Positions 59,311 through 64,000 of a DNA stretch of 64,000 nucleotides are shown piece after piece. Under the pieces are notes generated by a model, which searched no databases, was not told the origin of the DNA, and was given only the letters and a program-made list of their open reading frames with translations. A program made the translations under genes and the position numbers. Origin of the DNA: Bacillota bacterium (GTDB lineage Bacteria; Bacillota; Ch66; Ch109); assembly GCA_050952625.1 (NCBI GenBank), contig JBMNLH010000001.1:1504001-1568000 (forward strand), read 5' to 3'. How positions within the stretch are numbered: the stretch's first letter is position 1; every line of letters begins with the position of its first letter.

Positions 59311-59585
59311 CTGATGCTATTCCTTTCGTTACACTTAAGGCCTAAAAACACTCATAAAACTATCTCCTAATTCCAACCCGCCTTACTTCTCAGACTTATA
59401 TTTTCGACCTATTATTCTGCTAATCCTGCCCAAACATCATCATTAGGTTAAGATTGAAATAAAATTCTGAACAACAAATTTGGTTAATTTGTTTTATGAA
59501 TCAACAATTATCCAGCATTTATTCGGTTCAACCGGCCAATAATATATTTTGAAAAGGAGGCTGATTAGTTTTCTTTAAAAAAATT

Positions 59586-59987
59586 GTGATGCTGTTGACC
59601 TTGGGAGCGCTGCTTTGATGCAGCCCGCAAGCTTTATCAGCAGTCCCGGATAGGTCTATCCGGCATCTAGAAAGCACCAGTTTAGTTGGAGTGGCAGAGG
59701 TTATCGAAGTGCAGGCGACTGCTTATTGCCCATGTCACAAATGCTGCGGTAAAACAGATAAAATCACTTATACGGGCAAAGTGGCCAAGCGCGACCACAC
59801 CATCGCAGTTGACCCGAAGCTAATCCCGCTGGGAAGCCGGGTATATATTGAAGGTTTGGGCATTAGGTATGCGGAAGACATCGGGGGAGCGATAAAAAAT
59901 AAGCATATCGATATCTATATGGATAGTCACGAAGCTGCCTTGGCCTTTGGAGTTCAAACGTTAAAAGTATACGTCATGAAGCAGTAG
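59586..59987 (+). pseudogene. 3D-domain (cell-wall hydrolase-like) protein whose signal peptide contains an in-frame TGA at 59616
   Basis: ATAYC, IAVDP..IPLGSRVYI, AEDIGGAIK..HIDIY; upstream in-frame KKIVMLLTLGALL*CSPQ. Confidence 0.7.
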
Positions 59988-60008
59988 GTCATTCCTACTG
60001 CTTTCTTT
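59979..60008 (+). terminator. Intrinsic terminator
   Basis: aagcagtagg-tcatt-cctactgctt plus T-rich tail. Confidence 0.8.
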
Positions 60009-60131
60009 AATACCAACCAAACAATTTCCCATACCTCCTGAAACAGCTTTAGTCTTGGTCAGACCGGATTAAATGCATAACTATCAACAAAACCGAAAAG
60101 AATAAACATGAAAGAACACATAATGGAAGAG

Positions 60132-60166
60132 CACATAATCAACAACATAATCAACAACATAATCAA
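60132..60166. repeat. 12-bp tandem repeat (3 units)
   Basis: acataatcaaca units. Confidence 0.8.
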
Positions 60167-60184
60167 ATGAAAGGAATGACGGAG

Positions 60185-60370
60185 ATGACTCAATTAAACC
60201 AACAAGAATTGCAAAACTTAAGACACTTGATCGGTTCTCACGAAACGGCGAGTCAAAAACTGCGGACATACGCTCAACAAACGAATGACACTCAAATCAG
60301 ACAAATGTTTGAAAAATCGGCGCAGGAAGCCCAAAACACCAAGCACAAATTAATGTCATTCTTAAGTTAA
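60185..60370 (+). CDS. Small spore-coat-associated protein
   Basis: LNQ.ELQNLRHLIG.H....KL..YAQ...D.QI.QMF; precedes a CotF-like gene. Confidence 0.8.
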   Translation: MTQLNQQELQNLRHLIGSHETASQKLRTYAQQTNDTQIRQMFEKSAQEAQNTKHKLMSFLS

Positions 60371-60383
60371 GGAGGTAAAAAAC

Positions 60384-60626
60384 ATGCAAGATAAAGATAT
60401 GGTTAATGATGTTTTGTCCATGATCAACAGCAGTCTGACCGGTTATGCCAACGTTATAGCTCAAACAGCTAATCCCCAACTACGGCAGACTATCCAGCAA
60501 ATAAGGGATAATGACGAAAGATTTCAGTACGATCTCTTTAAACTAGCCGAACAAAAAGGGTATTACCAACCGGCTCAATCCGCCAGCCAAAATGATATCC
60601 AGCAGGTTCGGTCACAGTTAAGTTAA
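60384..60626 (+). CDS. Spore coat protein (CotF domain)
   Basis: MQDKDMVNDVL...NPQLRQT...QKGYY; AAGGAGG SD. Confidence 0.88.
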   Translation: MQDKDMVNDVLSMINSSLTGYANVIAQTANPQLRQTIQQIRDNDERFQYDLFKLAEQKGYYQPAQSASQNDIQQVRSQLS

Positions 60627-60736
60627 ATTAGTTGGGTTAGAATTGGTTAGGTTAGGTTTGGTTAGAATTAGCTAGGTTTAGTATTACTTCCATTGTGGGT
60701 TGTACTTAGCAGGCATAAGTGGTTAGTTGAGAAATA

Positions 60737-60770
60737 AAAAGTTAGGGATTAAGCTTAATCCTTAACTTTT
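60737..60770. terminator. Bidirectional terminator between convergent genes
   Basis: aaaagttagggatt/aatccttaactttt. Confidence 0.75.
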
Positions 60771-61625
60771 TATTTTTTCCCACATATTATCAACTTCTGT
60801 TTGAATCCGCGCCATTTCCTCCGGCGTCATCAAAGAAAACCGATCCTGCCGGTTCAAGTAATCGGCGACCGGTTTGCGTTTGCTTGGCTTGAAGGTTACG
60901 CGATAATCTCCCTGCTGATACTCGGCTAATACCCATAACCCGGTTTGGACCGCTAACCGGCCTATGTCGATGGTATCTTCTGAATTATATCCCCAGCCAA
61001 CCGGACAGGGAGATAAAACCTGGAGATAAGCCGGGCCAGGTGCCTCCATCGCCTTGGCAACCTTCTCCATTAGATCTTTCGGGTAGGAAACACAGGCAGA
61101 AGCGACATAGGGAATATTATGAGCATCGGCAATTCGCAGCATATCTTTCTTGTTTCTCTCTTTGCCGCGCGGGGTAGTTGAAGAAAAAGCACCAAATGGG
61201 GTGGCCCCGCTGCGCTGGTTGCCGGTATTCATGTAGGCTTCATTGTCATAGCACAAAAAGATAAATTTTTCGCCTCTTTCCATTGCCCCGGACAGAGCCT
61301 GCAAACCGATATCGAAGGTGCCGCCATCTCCGGCTAGCCCTAATACGGTCGCCTTCTCTTTCCCTTTTCGTCTTAACCCGGCGACTAAACCAGAAACCAT
61401 GGCCCCGGTTCCCGGCATAACTGAATTGACAACCGGGATATCAAAAGCCATTTGCGGATAAAAAGTGGTTACCCCCATCAAACAACACGGCGGTGTCACA
61501 ATTACGGTTTCTTTGCCCAGGACCTTTAAAGCCAGGCGCACGGCTAAAGTACCCCCGCAACCGGCACAGGTAAAACTGCCATACAACAATTCTTCGGTCG
61601 GCAGATCTTTAAAGCTGGCCATCAC
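60762..61625 (-). CDS. porB: 2-oxoacid (pyruvate):ferredoxin oxidoreductase beta subunit
   Basis: CAGCG, GDGGTFDIG...YDNEAYMNTG TPP motif, SPCP. Confidence 0.9.
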   Translation of the reverse strand: MMASFKDLPTEELLYGSFTCAGCGGTLAVRLALKVLGKETVIVTPPCCLMGVTTFYPQMAFDIPVVNSVMPGTGAMVSGLVAGLRRKGKEKATVLGLAGDGGTFDIGLQALSGAMERGEKFIFLCYDNEAYMNTGNQRSGATPFGAFSSTTPRGKERNKKDMLRIADAHNIPYVASACVSYPKDLMEKVAKAMEAPGPAYLQVLSPCPVGWGYNSEDTIDIGRLAVQTGLWVLAEYQQGDYRVTFKPSKRKPVADYLNRQDRFSLMTPEEMARIQTEVDNMWEKIKS

Positions 61626-61626
61626 T

Positions 61627-62808
61627 TCACCTCAATCCTATAAAGTTAACTGCTTTGACAGTGCCCGGCTCCCTTGCCGCTTGTTCAAGTTTGGTGAACA
61701 TCGCCTCAAACTCGTCCAATCGGATATCTCGCCCACCTAGTCCTCCAATGAAATTAAGGCCAGGTGGTCGGACCGCATGGTCATAAAGAGAAGCTTTAAT
61801 CTCGGTAAACAAGGCCCCTTCGTTACCGTAGGAATAGTTGCGGTCTAACACGCCAAAGGCTTTGGTTTTAGCCAGGACCCTAGCCACTTCCTGCGCTGGA
61901 AATGGCCGGAAGGAACGGACCTTAAGGACACCGACCTTCTTCCCCATGGCTCGTAGCTTTTGGGCGGCCACGCGGGCAGTGCCAGTAAAAGACCCCATCG
62001 TTACCAGGATATACTCCGCGTCATCACAGGAGTATTCTTTAATTAAACCGCCATGGTTGCGGCCGAATAGTTGCTCAAACTCAACCGCCAGATCCGTGAT
62101 TCTTTGCCGAGCAGCCTCCATCGCTGCCTGTTGGTGATACTTATACTCGGCAAAAACCTCAGGGGTAGCCCCAAAGCAAAAAGTAGTCGGGTTACTAAAA
62201 TCCACCGCATACTTGGCCTGGTAAGGCGGTAAATACGCCTGAACCTCTTCCGGCGCCGGCAGATCAACCAATTCTTCCGTATGAGAAAGAACAAAGCCAT
62301 CCAGGTTGACCATCACCGGAGTAAGCACAGCCGGGTCCTCAGCCAAGCGGTAGGCCTGCAAACAGGTATCAAAGGCCTCCTGGGCATTTTCCACAAAAAG
62401 TTGGATCCAGCCGGTATCGCGTTGGGAAATCGCATCCTGCTGGTCACCCCAAATAGTCCAGGGAGCTGCCATGCTGCGGTTGACCACTGGCATAACCATC
62501 GGAAATCGACTGCCGCTGACATAAGGGAGCATTTCGGCCATATACGCCAACCCCTGCGAGGAAGTAGCCGTGAAAACCCGGCACCCGGCGCAAGCCGCTC
62601 CGTAACAGGCGGATAGGGCCGCGTGTTCCGATTCGACACGAATGAAATCCGCATCCACTTCTCGATTGGCCACAAATTGAGAGATTTTTTCCACTATTGA
62701 AGATTGAGGGGTAATGGGGTAGGCGGCAATAACTTCCGGTTGAATATACTTGACAGCGTAAGCCACAGCGTGGTTACCACTTAAAAATTTGCGTTCGCGC
62801 ATTTTCAC
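61627..62808 (-). CDS. porA: 2-oxoacid:ferredoxin oxidoreductase alpha subunit
   Basis: AYPITPQ, VESEH, TATSSQGL, DGFVLSH, GLGGRD. Confidence 0.92.
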   Translation of the reverse strand: MKMRERKFLSGNHAVAYAVKYIQPEVIAAYPITPQSSIVEKISQFVANREVDADFIRVESEHAALSACYGAACAGCRVFTATSSQGLAYMAEMLPYVSGSRFPMVMPVVNRSMAAPWTIWGDQQDAISQRDTGWIQLFVENAQEAFDTCLQAYRLAEDPAVLTPVMVNLDGFVLSHTEELVDLPAPEEVQAYLPPYQAKYAVDFSNPTTFCFGATPEVFAEYKYHQQAAMEAARQRITDLAVEFEQLFGRNHGGLIKEYSCDDAEYILVTMGSFTGTARVAAQKLRAMGKKVGVLKVRSFRPFPAQEVARVLAKTKAFGVLDRNYSYGNEGALFTEIKASLYDHAVRPPGLNFIGGLGGRDIRLDEFEAMFTKLEQAAREPGTVKAVNFIGLR

Positions 62809-63062
62809 CCCTCCTCTACCATATCGATCGCATCTTTACGACATTCCTTGGCACAAATCCCGCATCCCTTGCAAAACTCCAAATCAATCATGACTGCTTC
62901 TTCGCCCCTTTGCATCGCCCCATCGGGACAATACACCCAACAAAGCAGACAAAGATTGCACTTTTCATGGTCGACGACTGGTCGGAAAGTTCTCCAGGAG
63001 CCGGTGGTTATCGGTCGATTGGGATTGAGCAGATGGGGAGCGGATGGTAAGGCTTCAGTCAA
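62805..63062 (-). CDS. porD: 2-oxoacid:ferredoxin oxidoreductase delta (2x[4Fe-4S]) subunit
   Basis: TGSWR..RP, CNLCLLCWVYCP, CKGCGICAKEC. Confidence 0.92.
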   Translation of the reverse strand: MTEALPSAPHLLNPNRPITTGSWRTFRPVVDHEKCNLCLLCWVYCPDGAMQRGEEAVMIDLEFCKGCGICAKECRKDAIDMVEEG

Positions 63063-63634
63063 TGAAGATCCCCTCCTTGACGATAAATATGGGCTTCCTC
63101 ATAGGCCCGCCGGGCGGTAAGTTGGTTAATCTCTTCCTGGTTGCCGGGGAATAGCTCAGTAATCGCTTTGGCCAGGGATTCTAGGGTGACTAAGCCCGAA
63201 GCCCGACAAGCCGCCCCGACCATGGCGGTGTTGACAATAGGTTTGTGTAGGATTTCTAAAGCAATTCGGGTCGCATTGACGAGAATTACTTCGAAGTTGT
63301 CCGTAATCGCCTTGGTTTTAAATTCGGCCGGCATTTCACTGGCGTTAACCACAATCTTGCCGCCTGGCTTCAGTCCTTCGGTCACGTTAGTCAACTTGAT
63401 CAAGCTTTTATCCAGGATTACGACCATATTGGGTTCATAAATCTGACTCCGGTCCAGAATTGGGACCGAATCTACCTTAGTAAAGGATAATACGGGTGCT
63501 CCTCGGCGTTCCGCCCCAAAAGATGGAAATGACTGGGCAAAACTGTCCCCATACACGGAAGCGGCCAAGCCAAAGATTCTGGCCGCTGTCACCGCACCCT
63601 GACCACCTCGACCATGCCACCTGATCTGATACAA
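63059..63634 (-). CDS. porC: 2-oxoacid:ferredoxin oxidoreductase gamma subunit
   Basis: HGRGGQGAVT, FGAERRGAP, NTAMVGA. Confidence 0.92.
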   Translation of the reverse strand: MYQIRWHGRGGQGAVTAARIFGLAASVYGDSFAQSFPSFGAERRGAPVLSFTKVDSVPILDRSQIYEPNMVVILDKSLIKLTNVTEGLKPGGKIVVNASEMPAEFKTKAITDNFEVILVNATRIALEILHKPIVNTAMVGAACRASGLVTLESLAKAITELFPGNQEEINQLTARRAYEEAHIYRQGGDLH

Positions 63635-63662
63635 GTTGCCTCACCCCCTATTATTTATTGTG

Positions 63663-63694
63663 GGTCACGGGGACAGGTTAACTGTCCCGGTTAA
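63663..63694 (+). repeat. REP-like palindrome GGGGACAGGTT-N3-TGTCCCGGTTAA
   Basis: ggtcacggggacaggttaactgtcccggttaa; matches the reverse complement of 55467-55498. Confidence 0.7.
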
Positions 63695-63703
63695 CCAAAA
63701 ATT

Positions 63704-64000
63704 TTAAAAACCCAGGTCCTCATTGACGACTAAGACTCGGAAATCGCTGAGCCGGGGCTTTCGTTCCAGGATCACCGTGATGGCACAAATTCGGCCTGGA
63801 GACTTACAGTCAATGCAAAAACCGGTTTTCGCACAGGGTGTATCAATATTAAGTCTCTTGGCGGCTAATGGAGCGGCTAAAGCCTTAATTCTTTTTAGCC
63901 CTTCATCAACGTCGCCGACCAACTTATTCCGACCGACTACCAGAATTACCTTTTTGGGACCAAAAATCATCGAGGCAACCCGATTACCATTGCCATCAAT
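63704..64000 (-). CDS. LUD-domain (lactate utilization-like) protein, 5' part outside the window
   Basis: IDGNGNRVA.MIFGPKKV..VVG.NK, PC..TG.C.DC.SP.RIC, E.LGF. Confidence 0.88.
   Translation of the reverse strand: MDGNGNRVASMIFGPKKVILVVGRNKLVGDVDEGLKRIKALAAPLAAKRLNIDTPCAKTGFCIDCKSPGRICAITVILERKPRLSDFRVLVVNEDLGF

Noticed and set aside
59616-59618. Genome-wide TGA recoding
   Set aside because: Many genes (larE, addB, DUF3006, porA) end normally at TGA

Overview
Mostly core chromosome of an anaerobic, endospore-forming Firmicute (Clostridia, Peptococcaceae-like; inferred from gene content). It carries larE, addAB, aroA, trmL, ttcA, a glutamate dehydrogenase, asnS, glgP, a four-subunit 2-oxoacid:ferredoxin oxidoreductase, tRNA-Pro(CGG) and tRNA-Lys(CTT). 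It also has sporulation genes (SpoIID-like, CotF-like pairs, orphan PAS kinase), an ECF sigma/anti-sigma envelope operon and a sigI-rsgI-SLH module. I found no CRISPR array, prophage, integrase or transposase gene. The most unusual signal is non-coding. A dispersed ~50-bp site, ATTTTC-N4-TAA-CCRCC-CATG-[hairpin]-CAC-AACCAC-NN-ATGAAAAT, repeatedly abuts three unrelated palindromic 'cargo' sequences, one a ~160-nt kink-turn-like hairpin, which resembles a non-coding cassette system. Orphan IS200/IS605/IS607-like right ends and a separate REP family are also present. Notable coding signals are a split TamH-like pair (class III transaminase plus acyl-ACP reductase homolog), a polyprenyl synthase-YtpB terpene cluster, a stop-less nitrilase-AsnRS junction and a solitary class III cyclase-like protein. 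Several single-base frameshifts may be assembly errors. All calls come from reading the sequence and recalling family motifs; no searches or folding computations were run.
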